Notes under the pieces: generated by a model
Seen by the model: only the letters and a program-made list of their open reading frames with translations
What the model was told of the DNA's origin: nothing
Databases searched by the model: none
Shown: piece after piece, positions 29,701-41,700 of the stretch
Layout of the letters: each line of letters opens with the position of its first letter
Numbering within the stretch: the stretch's first letter is position 1
Program-made: the position numbers and the translations under genes
Origin: Vicugna vicugna
Lineage: Eukaryota
NCBI GenBank assembly: GCA_013265495.1
Contig: MU058636.1
Location: 8,014,295 to 8,078,294 of the forward strand
Length of the DNA: 64,000 nucleotides
Reading direction: 5' to 3'

Positions 29701-32700
29701 AGGCCAGAAGGCCAGAAACACACACACACAAAACATATGGGTGCTTAAGAGTATGATAAAGATGACATTTTAAATCAGTGGAGAAAAGATGCTGTGGTCT
29801 ATTTGGTAGCCATTTGGAAATCATATTAAATGGACCTGAGGCAAATGCTAACTAGGACATACTCCAGATATATCAGATTTAAGTGTAAAATATCAGAAGT
29901 AAGTCTTAAGTGATCCCAAAGACAGCACAAATACACAAAACCCAGAAAACATGAATTTGACAATAAAATTTTAAAAAATTGTGTGGCACAACAGCAAAGA
30001 TCCAACCATATTAAAAATTAAAAAACAAATAAATTAGGGACAAATAATGGTAATTTATACTACAGACAAAAGGTCAATTTTCAAAATGCAGAAAGTGCTC
30101 CTACAAATTACTAAGAAAAGTACTACCCAACTCAGTCGGAAAAGAGTGGTAAAATCTATGAAAAGAGAGTTCATAAAAGGAGGAAGTGAAAATAGCTCTT
30201 TAACAACTGAAAAAATCCTTACCTCAGTAACACTTAGCAATGCAAATAAAACCTATCAGTTTTTCCCATATACGCACTCTATATGGACAGCAATTTGAAA
30301 ACTCTTACCACAATTACAAATATATATACAATTTGGCCCAGCAATTCCGCAACTAGGAATTCTTCCCATAATAAACCTGCTTGTGTGTAAAAAACATTCA
30401 TGGACAGTTGATCACTTGACTGCTGTCTGAAGCAGCAAAAGGGACTAGCTATGAAGCTGTGCATGAGGAAGCACATGAGGAAGCACGTGAGGAAGCACTC
30501 TGATGTACACATAAGGCTCAATCTCCCAGATATATTGTTAAATGGAAACAACAGAACAGTGGCTAGTGTGTTACAATTTGCATTTTTCAAATAAAGAGTG
30601 TGTATATATATATATATGTATATATATATTTTCTAGATGGAGATACAAGAAATGGATAACACTGTTCCTTCTGGGAGTAACTAGGCAGATACTAACTAGG
30701 ACATACTCCAGATACATCAGATTTAAGTGTAAAATGGGACTGAGAAATGAGGGGCAGAACTAGGTTCACTGTATCCGTTCTTAGACCAACCATCTGAATT
30801 TTGAACCATTCATCAAAATAAAATTAAAATGTGTTCATTGTAAAGAAATTGGCAAGCATATAAATTTACATACATAATACAATTATTATAGAGAGAAAAG
30901 TCATGTAAATCTCACTGCCTAAAAGCAGTCACTGATAACATTTTGTATACTGTGTTCTTTTTGCCTCTGCATTTAAAAAAATCATAACTGAAATTAATCC
31001 ATGTATATCACGCTTTTTTTCACTTGAATTAATCTGAAAATTTCATATATTCAGGTTTGTTGTTTTTGAGCTTTTGGTTGTGGGTATTTTCAAACATACA
31101 CAGGAGTAGAGAATGTTAAGAACATGAAGTCCATGTACCCACCATCTGGCCTCAACACATGGCCAACTGCCAACCTCGCTTCCTCCAAAGCCTTTTACTA
31201 CCACCCTACCCATCTGGAGATTATTTTGAAACAAATTCTAGGCAATACCAGTATCACACCCAAAACATTAAGAACAAATCCTCAACACCATCAGATATAC
31301 AATCAGTTTTCAAATTTGCCCAATTACCTCATAAACATTTTCAGTTTGTTTAAATCAAGTGCCAAATAACATTTCTACAATTTGATTGTTTTTTTTTTTA
31401 TCCCTGGGTTCCTCTTACCCCTTCTAAATTTTTTTCCTGCAATTTATTTGTTGAGGAAACCATGTAATTTGTCCTGTAGAGTGTGTTAGATTTTGTATTT
31501 TGCTGAGTGCACCCCCCCCCCAGTGACATTTAACATGTTCCTCTGTCCTCTGTATTTCCTGTAAACTGGCTGTTTGAGTTAGAGGCTTGATAAAATTCAG
31601 GTTTATTTTTCAAGAACTTGTCATAGTAGTTGTATGCCTTTTTTGTGTGTCAATTGTAAGGGCAGTATATTTCACCTTATAGATTAACAATATTTTCATT
31701 TACCTACGTGTTGACTATTTCTAATTTCATATTGTTATAAAGATGTCTAAAAGAACATCTTTGAATGTAAAACTAACTGTATTTTGGATTTCTTCCTTTG
31801 AGAAAGTCGTAGAACTGGAATACTAAAAGTATAAATGTTTTTAATGTATATGGGCCAAATTACTATTTAAATTAATTCCCACTGAGTATGATATTTTACT
31901 ATTTCATCTATTGTTCTTGCCAGTTCTAATTATTTTCATTTAAATTTGTGAATTTGATACGGGGAAAATATAAACACACATGATCTAATTTTTTTAAATA
32001 AAAAGGTAAACTTTTGGGGAGTTTTTATTAGCTATCGACATTTTCTTTTGGAAATTACCTGTTATATACTTTGCTTACTATTTAATTTAGTAAGAATACT
32101 TTCTTCCCTTCTTTTTCTGGCAGAGGTATTTTGCCCAGGAAGGGAGAGAATAGTTTTCTTAAAGAAGAATCACATAAAAAGTTCAATTGTAAAATGCAGA
32201 TAAGCTTTAACTTTGAATCCAAAAAGAGCAGAAACATTACTGAGCAATAGGCCAAAAAAAACCCTTCTACCTTTCAGACACTGAGTAGAGTTAAAATGTC
32301 ATTTAACTAAACTAAAAACAAATAAAAAAACCCAGAAGCTTTCCTTTTAAAATCTCCTTTTCTTTCAGCATAAGTCTCTAAAAGCTTTTAAGAGAGTTTT
32401 GTGTATCTGTCATTCTGATACAAGATAATAATCTCATTATCAGATGGACTTCATCTAAACAGCTCTTAAAGTAGTCAGTTATTCTTCAGGAATAAAGGAT
32501 ATTCTTGTTTTAAAAACTGCCCGTATTAGAAAATGTATGTAGACATGGAGTCTCTTTCTTTTAAGCTATTCCAGACAATAGCTGAATTTCTTATGGCTTT
32601 TTTAAAAAGAGTATTTTAGTTACTATGACAGCTGGCTTATAAAAGCAGTAAAAAGTGGTACTGTAATATATTCTAGAAAGAAATGCTTCATCAGAATCTC

Positions 32701-35700
32701 TCTCTCTCTCCTGTACTGCTTCAGTTTTCTCACAACTCACTGGAGAGAAGAAATAGACTAGAAGAATTACGGAAATCCAATTTATATTAACAAGTATAAA
32801 AAAGTAACATCAGAATTAGTTCTGAAAATCAAGCACAAAGACTAATGTTAATAATCAGAAGTTACTGAGTGCCAAACACATGCTAACACTGGACAGACAT
32901 TTCAATGATTTTAATCATTACCTCAGGATTATGAACTTGGGCTCAGTGTCCTTATGTCACAGATGAGGAAAATGAGCTGGATGGATTAACTTGCCCAAGT
33001 TCACATGGGATTTGAATCTAGATCTATTTGAACTTCACATCCAAAGTTAAGAAACATACTGAAATGGAAATGGAACTCCAACAGACAAAACTGACTCCAC
33101 ATGAGGTAGATACAGGAAAAAAAGTTGAAACAGTATAGAAATTAGTTAAACAAAAGAAAGTCAGATAGTAAAATTAGTCATATTCACCCAGTATGAGCAG
33201 AAATGAAAAACTTGATATATGAAGCAAACTAGTGAGTTAAGGAAAAGTTTTATTTATTAAAAAAATAAGTTTTGATTAAAAAAATTCTTTCCCTCCCCTC
33301 TTTTTGTGCAAAAGCAGTATGAGTTCATTGTTAAAAATAAATGAGAAAATTAATCTAAAAATATAAATTTGAAAAGAGATCCATAGTTCCCCCATCCAGA
33401 GACAACTGATGTTAACATTTTACTTTATAGATAAATATATCCATATATATTCAGATGTTTAAAATTTGCTTTTTTCACTTAATCATGTATAATGAAGAAC
33501 CATCCTATATAATGACTTTAACCAGTGTTTGCACATTTTAGATTGTCTCTAGCTTTTTCCTCTCATTAAAAAACACCACTATATAAAAAAACAAGCAAAA
33601 CTCTTTGAAAATTTATTTTTATACATTTTCTTAATTTTCTTAAGAAAAATCTTCTCAAATCTGGGCCAATGGATATGTATTGCTGGGTCAATGGATGTAA
33701 ATTATTTAAGGCTTTTGATTCATACTTCTAACTTGTTCTAAAAAAAAATACTATATCAATCTGCTCAGACTCAACAGATAAATTTGGCAACACTCATTCT
33801 TTTTCTCTTTTATTTGATGAAAGGTGCCTTGCTACTTCCCTCCCTTTTAAATTAAAAGTATCTTCTGACAATCATGAGGATATTAAATTTACAAAAATTC
33901 CTGTGGTTAGGAAGAACTGTGGTTGTTAAGACCAAGGTTTGAATCTTCTAGAAAAGGGGTAATAAATACAGCCTGTGGGCCAAAGTCAGTCTGCTGCCTG
34001 GTTTTGAATGGCTAGTGAGCCAAAAGTGGTTTTTAAAAGGTTGTTAAAAAAAGAAGAATGTTGCAACGAAACCATATATGGTCCACAGAACCTAAAATAT
34101 TTACAGGCAGACCTCAGAGATATCACGGGTTCGGTTCAGACCACAATAAAGCAAGAATCGCAATGAAGTGAGTCACACAAATGTTTTTGGTTTCCCAGTG
34201 CATATAAAAGTTATGTTTACACTGTGGACTACTACGACACTGTAGTCTGTTAAGTGTGCAATAGAATTATGTCTATGTTTTATTTATTTATTAAAAAAAT
34301 TGGGGGGGGGAGGTAATTAGGTTTATTTATTTATTTTTAGAGGAGATACTGGAGATTGAACCCAGGACCTTGTGCATGCTAAGCATGTGCTCTAAAGCTT
34401 GAGCTATACCCTCCCCCCAATAGCATTATGTCTAAAAATATACTGTACATACCTTAATTAAAAAATAATGCTGTTATGCTGTACACCAGAAACTAATACA
34501 TCATAAACTGATTATACTTCAATAAAAAAATATATATATATAAATAATGCTTTTGGAAAATGGTACTGATAAGACATGCTCAAGGCAGGGTTGCCACAAA
34601 CATTCAATTTGTAAAAAATGCAGTATCTGAGTAGCACAGCAAGGCAAAATGCCCTAAAACGATGAATGCCTGTGTTCTCTGGCCCTTTACGGAAAGAGGC
34701 TGCTGTTCCCTGTCTAAGAGAGATGCACTTTCCAGCTAGGTTTGCTGGCGCTAAACAAAACACTTGCTCTGATAGGCAGACCTTGCCCTTCGGAGGTCTG
34801 GGAAACACACTTTGTGATCTGCTGAGACAGACTCTTATGGAAGTTTTATTATATACAATCTACCGCTTTTTATGTTTTTTAAGACTGCCTTTTAAATTTT
34901 CGCATTCTCTTTGTTAGATTTTCACAGAGATCTCGGCAAAACGCTTGTGTAACTCCCTGGTCTATAAAATAAACGATTTGGGAAGTGAAGGGATCCCTTT
35001 CGGAAGCTTGGTTATCCACCTACGTACTGCGAGGGTGAAACAAATATACCACGTTCTTAGACCTGCCCACATGGTCCACAGAAAAGGGAAGCAGTTAAGT
35101 GGCATGTTCTTCTGTTCTAGGAACAAGCAAGCCACGCATACACATAGGAAATGTTGGTATACCAAAACTTCACTTGGCCAAGGAGACAAAGGAACATCCG
35201 GGGTCATTAGTTAGCAATCACTGCAGATTGAATTGTGTGTGTGGTTAATATCTGTTTCCTATAATTTTTCTTAATGTAATTTTACTTGACATCTCTTTCA
35301 TATCCATTACATTTAATTATCTGTGACCTTAAAAGCCTAAAAGCCAAGCTTGTTGAAAGTATGTCTAAATGAGAATTTAAGATATGAGTCATGGCCTGAG
35401 GAATTACTCTCTGATTATGGAGTACAGACATCTTGTCATCTGTTTCCCTGTTTAGGGACTTCTTTTATTCTATGTCAAGTAGTTAAGCCACTGAACAAGT
35501 GATCATCACACACTTTGTTTGATTACATAAAATCAAGCATATTTTTTTAACAAGAGGTAGAATAACTACCGGTTTGGAAATCGAAAAGCTGGGAGAAAAT
35601 CTCTGCACATTAAAAAAATACAAATAAAATATTTGGAATCAGATGTAAATCCCTATTGCATTTGTTTGTCATACAAAGCTCTAATTAAATTATACACATT

Positions 35701-38700
35701 TAGTTCAGAACCTTAAAAGAATAATTATCTTCAGAAGAGAAATGTCAAGCAACTTTATTAAGTTCATCCAGTAAGAATAATCAGACGAGAACATGTGACC
35801 TGGTGACTCTAAGAGGAGATGCAGGTGAGAAGCACAGTGGCCCTTGAGCAACACAGGTTTGAACTGGGCTGGTGCAGGGAGGTGGGGGGTAGGCGCCCCT
35901 AACCCCCTCCTTGTTCAGGGGTCAGCTGTGATAAAAGATTTCTTATTGTTGCAGTTAAAAATAAAATCAGCTGGGAAGAAAGAAAACAACAGAAGCCACT
36001 GAAGAACACGCTGGAGAGCCTGGCAAACCAATGCTGTTTGTAAAGGACATTTAAGGCAGCTACTGCCATCTAGTGAGTCAGCCATGTAGTCATTACAGGA
36101 CTTGACTACTCTGAAACCCATGTTCCTGTTTCATTATTTTCAGAACTATTCAAGTCACTTTTCATTAGGGCTGAAGGGAATATATGTCAGGCATGCTTAT
36201 CCAATTTGTGGCTTAAATGAATTGAGAAGAGAAGAGCAACTGCATTAAAGGCAGAAGAAGAATCTACATCTTGAGAAGCGGAAACAGAATATGCTGGTGT
36301 GTAACAGGGATGAATTAAGAGCACACTTCTATTCCTAAACAGGACAAAGCAAAGGAAACACAGGAACAGAAATAACAGCTGGACCAGTATAAGGATGAGA
36401 GAGAAGGCTCAGTGGCAGTGCATGTAAAAAAGTTGGTCTTATGAGGTAACAAAGTCATGGTGTAATCAGATCCTCACCAGCTTCAGGATGATAAGAAATG
36501 TGCTATTTAAAAACTGAAATAACTACTGACAGCCCAAACTAGAGAAGACACACGGGAAACAGCTCTCACTCTCTGAAGGGTTGTCACAAAGAAGTAGAAA
36601 TAGACTGTTTTGTGTAGCTACAAAAAATAGAACCAACCAAAGGGGCTGATTAAAAGGAGACAGATTTATATTTACTGTAAAGAGGGGCTTTATAACTGAG
36701 TTGGGAAGGATGAGAAGATTCCTTTTGATTTCTCTCTGCAAGTTAGGGGCAGAGGGTAAGTTTTCTGAGCACAACACCGAGTGTGCATAAGCTGTGTCAG
36801 AATTGGGAGTCCTAATTCAAAAATAATTCTCACTGGGTTGACTCAGAGACTATGGATTTTGGAACTTTAACGACTTATCAATTATCTTTCTTTTTCCACC
36901 TCTTCCAAACAGTGCTATATGATGCATATTGATTAAAAAATTTTTAATAAATTGAGTTCAAGTTAATTCAAGTAAGTTGTGATACCCTTAAATAATCAGG
37001 CATGTCTTGAGGTACCTAGAACAGGCTGTGAATCAACAGCTTAGTCATGACCATATACGTTAGTTCTTCAAATCTCAACATTTCTAGTAACAGTGCAGTG
37101 CACTGGATTATGATAAGGAACAAAAAGATGACATCAGAACTCCCGTCCTCTTTGGAGTAGTACACCGGGAACCAGATTCACTAGAGGAAGGTGCAGATTT
37201 TTTTCCTGTTTATAGTTTGGCTGACCCTCTAACTTTGGCCCCCCTGTAGAATTACATAAAGTCAGCTGCTAGCAACCTCACATCTTCCAGTCTCTCTCCC
37301 ACTCTTAGGTCCCCATGCTAGAGAAATAATGCAAGAGAAACACTAATCAAGTCTCTGTGGGTTCTCTGGGGACAGAACCAGGAAATCAAAGCCAAGAACT
37401 TCACCAGTGGGATTTTTCTTTTAGCTTACCATGACTTACTAAGAGGTGGAAGAAAAACTTTTTTAGTAAGAGTGAACATATCACATATCCAATAATAATG
37501 TCATATATGACATAAAGAAGCCCTGTCCAACAGAACTTTCTAGGATTTTGGAAATGTTCTACATCTGTCTTAGCCAATAAGGTAGCTACCAGTCACAAGT
37601 TTTTGCAATGTGACCAGTGAGACCGAGGAACTAAACTTTTACTCAGTTTTAATTAGTTTGAATAACCACATGTGGCTGGTAGCTACTGCTTGAATAGTGC
37701 AGGTAAAAGGGATATTTTCAGAACTAATTTTTTTAAGAATTATATTAGTTAATGTATTTAGCATCTTTAAAAGGAAGGAGTGGGTGATAGCAGGGGGAAA
37801 ACAGTATTTCACAAACTATGAAGTTAAATAGATTTTTTTTTCTAGAAAGAGGAATATGAGGTGAATTTTGAAAATTACTAAATTTTCTGTGTTTTTGGAG
37901 GTTTTGCTTTACTGGGTTTTACATGTGTTTTTGAATGAATAGGGATTATTTTAACAATTTTATAATAATAATGATCAGATCTAAAACAGGAGTACTTCAT
38001 TCATGGATAGTCCTTATTTCTTGATCTTATTTTGGCCCTCAATTTGCTTCCTTAGTTCTGTCATTTCTCTTGTTATCACTCTGCTGTTTTTCATCTCACG
38101 TCCAAATGCTTTTGTTGCCAAACTCTTGTTTTCATTAAATGTTATTTCTTTAGCAAAAATACTTTTGTGTAATTTTATCCTTTTCCTTGGATTACATTGG
38201 CGGCTGGGGGTGGTGGGGCAGGGGGAGCACCCGAGAGCTCTGTGCAGCTTTGTGGGGTTACTTCGGTTCCTTGCTGTTGTGAGGTTTTGTTATGTCCTGT
38301 ACAAGGGTAGGTACACTCCTCAGAGGAATGGATCTAATCACATGGACCTGTGACCAACCCAAACCCAGCTGGAAGCCCTGACAATGGTGAGTCCTAGCAA
38401 TTTCTGCTTCTACTGAAATTCTGGGATTCTAGGTGATGGTAGGTAGGTGTATTGTTTGTTGTTGTCCATGGCTGCTAACTCATTCTCTCAGTCTGATTCT
38501 TTCCAGATTGGGAGTATTTGGTAAAAAGCTCAGAATCTGGTAAACTCATCTTCTTTCTATAAATGGCTTTTAAAAAGTGGGAATGGCACCAGGATTTTCT
38601 TTCTTTCCTAACTTCCACTTTTTTTTTAAATGTTGATACTGGCTTTATTCATAATTGCCAAATGGTAGAAAACAGTCCAAATGTCTTTCAACAGTTGAAT

Positions 38701-41700
38701 GGATAAAGAAGCTGTGGTACACCCATACAAGGGAATACTACTTAGCAAGTAAGAGGAACAAATTAGTCATATACACAGCAACATGGATGAATCTCAAATG
38801 CATTACGCTGAGTGAAAGCTAACCTCTAGTTTTTGAAGCTATGGCATGAACTTGCACATAATCTTTTTTGAATGGTTGCTGCTTGTATTTTGTTTTTCTT
38901 TGTTTCATCAAAAATAAGGTTCTGTGATTCAGTTTCATTTCACATCTTAACCTAGAAGTCTCTGTCTAGGCTTTTAAATAAAAGCCTTAGCTGAATATGC
39001 ATGATAAATATTAAAACTCTGGTACAAGTAAAGCAATTTAAAGTTGAAAGAGATAGACAGAGAGAATATTAAATAAGTAATTGTCAAGTGACTCTCAGAA
39101 AATGAGTGAATGTTTATAATGAAATGATTAGTTCTTCTGTGGGACTGTGTACAGGAATTTCACAGCAGAAAAAAAAAATCCCCCAATATTTTACCTTATA
39201 GATAAACACCATTTAAATTTTACTTCAAACCCCCTCTATTCCTGATTAAGTATCATTCAAACTGTATTCTTATACTCACAGGCCAGGGCTGTAGATCATT
39301 CAGTCCCTTTTCTAATTTCTCAACATCTGGAAACTTTGTGGCCCCATCAGCATCTGCCATAAGGATCTTTTCTCCCCGAGAACTGAATATACCCTGTATT
39401 TAAAAATTTCAATGAAAAGAAAGTTGCTTAAAATTAAAGGTAAATTCGGTGGCATTTCAATTTATTCTGCTTTATTTAAAATATCTAAGAATGAAATATT
39501 AGATGTGAAATGGCGAAAGGAGGCCACAGATCACTGGAAACAAATTACATTGACAGGATCTTTCCAAATGTATCTAATGTCTATTTCGTGATTTTAAAAA
39601 CTCTGTGAGGTGATACAGTTAACACCTTGGAAAATATCAAGATAAGAAAATAGATTTTTGACAAACTAAAGATATTCTGCATCAGTAAGAATAAAAATGT
39701 AAAATACCTATCATAAATGTTGTATCTGTATTGTACATGTATTATGGTGCTTCAAAGGAATCAGGAGCTACCTGGAGCAGCAATATGAAGAACATATTGA
39801 TGGAGAGATTGAACAAATACAGTATATGCAGCTTTGCTGTGAAATGCATTATAACATGATAGATTTTTAGTATTCTTTATTATGGAATTGAAAATATTTT
39901 AAATTAATTGTTAAATAAAGAAATGCAGAATGTCACTAAGATTCAGGAAGTATGGATAAGATATATTCAAATACTATTTTGTTATTTGAGGCATCTGACA
40001 TTTAGAAAAATCATGCCACTCAATTTGAATTGATCGGTCTTTTGGGCAAAATGTGTCAGTAGTAAAAGTCTAAAAGACTCCACCTGACGTCCATGATCTG
40101 AACCCACCTAACCCTCTGGCCCATCTCTCCAGTCAAGCTCCATGGACCATTAGCAGCTCCTTTGCTGTGCCTTTGTTCATTTCCTTCTCCGTAAGCTCCC
40201 TGCGCTGACTTTCACCTGGACAATCCCTAATCCTACTTGAAGACTCCATTCAGAACTTAGCTCCTGTAGGAGGTCTTTGCTGCTCCTCCCAGATGGAGGT
40301 GGTGCCCCACTTTCTGCACATGCTTCTCCTGGAGCATTTCCAACACTAGTGAGCTGTGATATCCTGAGGGCAGGACAGGTATCTTCCAGTTCAGTGTGTC
40401 TAACGAGGTCCCTGGCATGCAGTGGGCATTCACATGTTAGCTGAGTAAATGAACGAAAGGATGGATTTAAAGCCCACAATGAATACTGCATCAATCCCAT
40501 TTTCTTCCTCTCCTTTCTGCATATCCTGTGACCCAGTCAGAGCAAACTCACTGTTTCTAGTACACATCCTGAGAGTTCCTACTTCTGTCTTTTCCCGCTT
40601 CGCTGACTGGCATGCTTTTCTTTCAAATCTTTCTCCCTACAGGATCTGAGCAGTGAAGAGCATGGATTTCAGGGTTAAATTAACCCAGTCCAAACCTTGA
40701 CTTAATCTCTGTGTGACCATGAGTAAGTCACTTATCTAAGCCTCAATTTCCTCATTTATATGATCAAAATAATAGGACCTCACTCACTGAGATGATGTGA
40801 GGAGGTTTCAATGTGATAATTATGTTCAAGTGGTACACTTATGGTCCAGCTCAAAATATTCAGCCAGCGTTCACCATCGTTGGAAGCCTGGCTTCAGCAA
40901 CATTTCCTCATGTGTCCGAGGCTGCCAGTTACCCACCCAATACCCATTCTTTCCTTCTTCCTTACTAATGGAATCCTGATTTGGTCGTGAATGAAAATAT
41001 TAGAAAAAACATTTCTCAGCCTTCCTTGGAAACAGGGGAGGCCCCATGATGCTCTTCTGGCCGATGAGATTTAAGTCAATCACTGGGCGGAGCTTCTGGG
41101 AAGGCTCCTTAAAAGGAGCAAACCAGGGAGCACACATCTACCTTCTGCCCTTACTCCTTCTGTCCGGAGGGTGGAGGCACCGTGCGTGCAGGGCGGGCAG
41201 GAGCCAGAGGGAGTGAGGTAGGAGCCTGGATTCCTGATGACACAGAGGGGCTGCTGAACTGCCTGCATCTAGACTTGTTATGGGGGGCAAAATAAATCAG
41301 TTAACCCCTAAGTCATCCAAGGCACTAGTGTTTGCATTTTCTTTCACACGTCTTGACTTCTGATCTTTTTTTCAGCGTATCTGATTCCTACCTGATGTGC
41401 CTCAGCTGAAAGTAACCTCTTCTTTCCTGGAATTTCCACTGCACATCATCGGTCCCTCTCTCTTAAGTACAATCACTGTTAGTATTAGATTGTAAATTGC
41501 ATCAGGACAGACCCGTGTCAGATTTAGCTTAATACATGCTACGATGCTTTGCACAGTGCCTTCATGCAGGTAAAACTCGGTACACAAAAGCATTCTATGA
41601 ACTTCAAAAAATCATATAATCTTATTATCTGGTGACTATGTCAAAGACATATGACAGATGGCAACATTTTAAACTTTAAGATATACGTATTTTCCTGAAT

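Larger units (their letters stand above)
34104..34672 (-). mobile_element. Internally deleted Tigger1-like Tc1/mariner element
   Basis: CAGGCA...TGCCTG termini after TA. Reverse complement of 34550-34672 matches the recalled Tigger1 5' end (cagatactgcattttttacaaattgaatgtttgtggcaaccctg). Confidence 0.8.
33955..34712 (+). mobile_element. MER58-like hAT element split by a Tigger insertion
   Basis: 5' part aggggt...cagcctgtgggccaaa...cctaaaatattta (to 34103) resumes as tctggccctttacggaaa...ccctg (34673-34712). Confidence 0.7.

Noticed and set aside
30462..30498. Three copies of a 12-bp unit (catgaggaagca) and other short direct repeats
   Set aside because: Simple slippage repeats with no spacers; not CRISPR-like, and the DNA is mammalian
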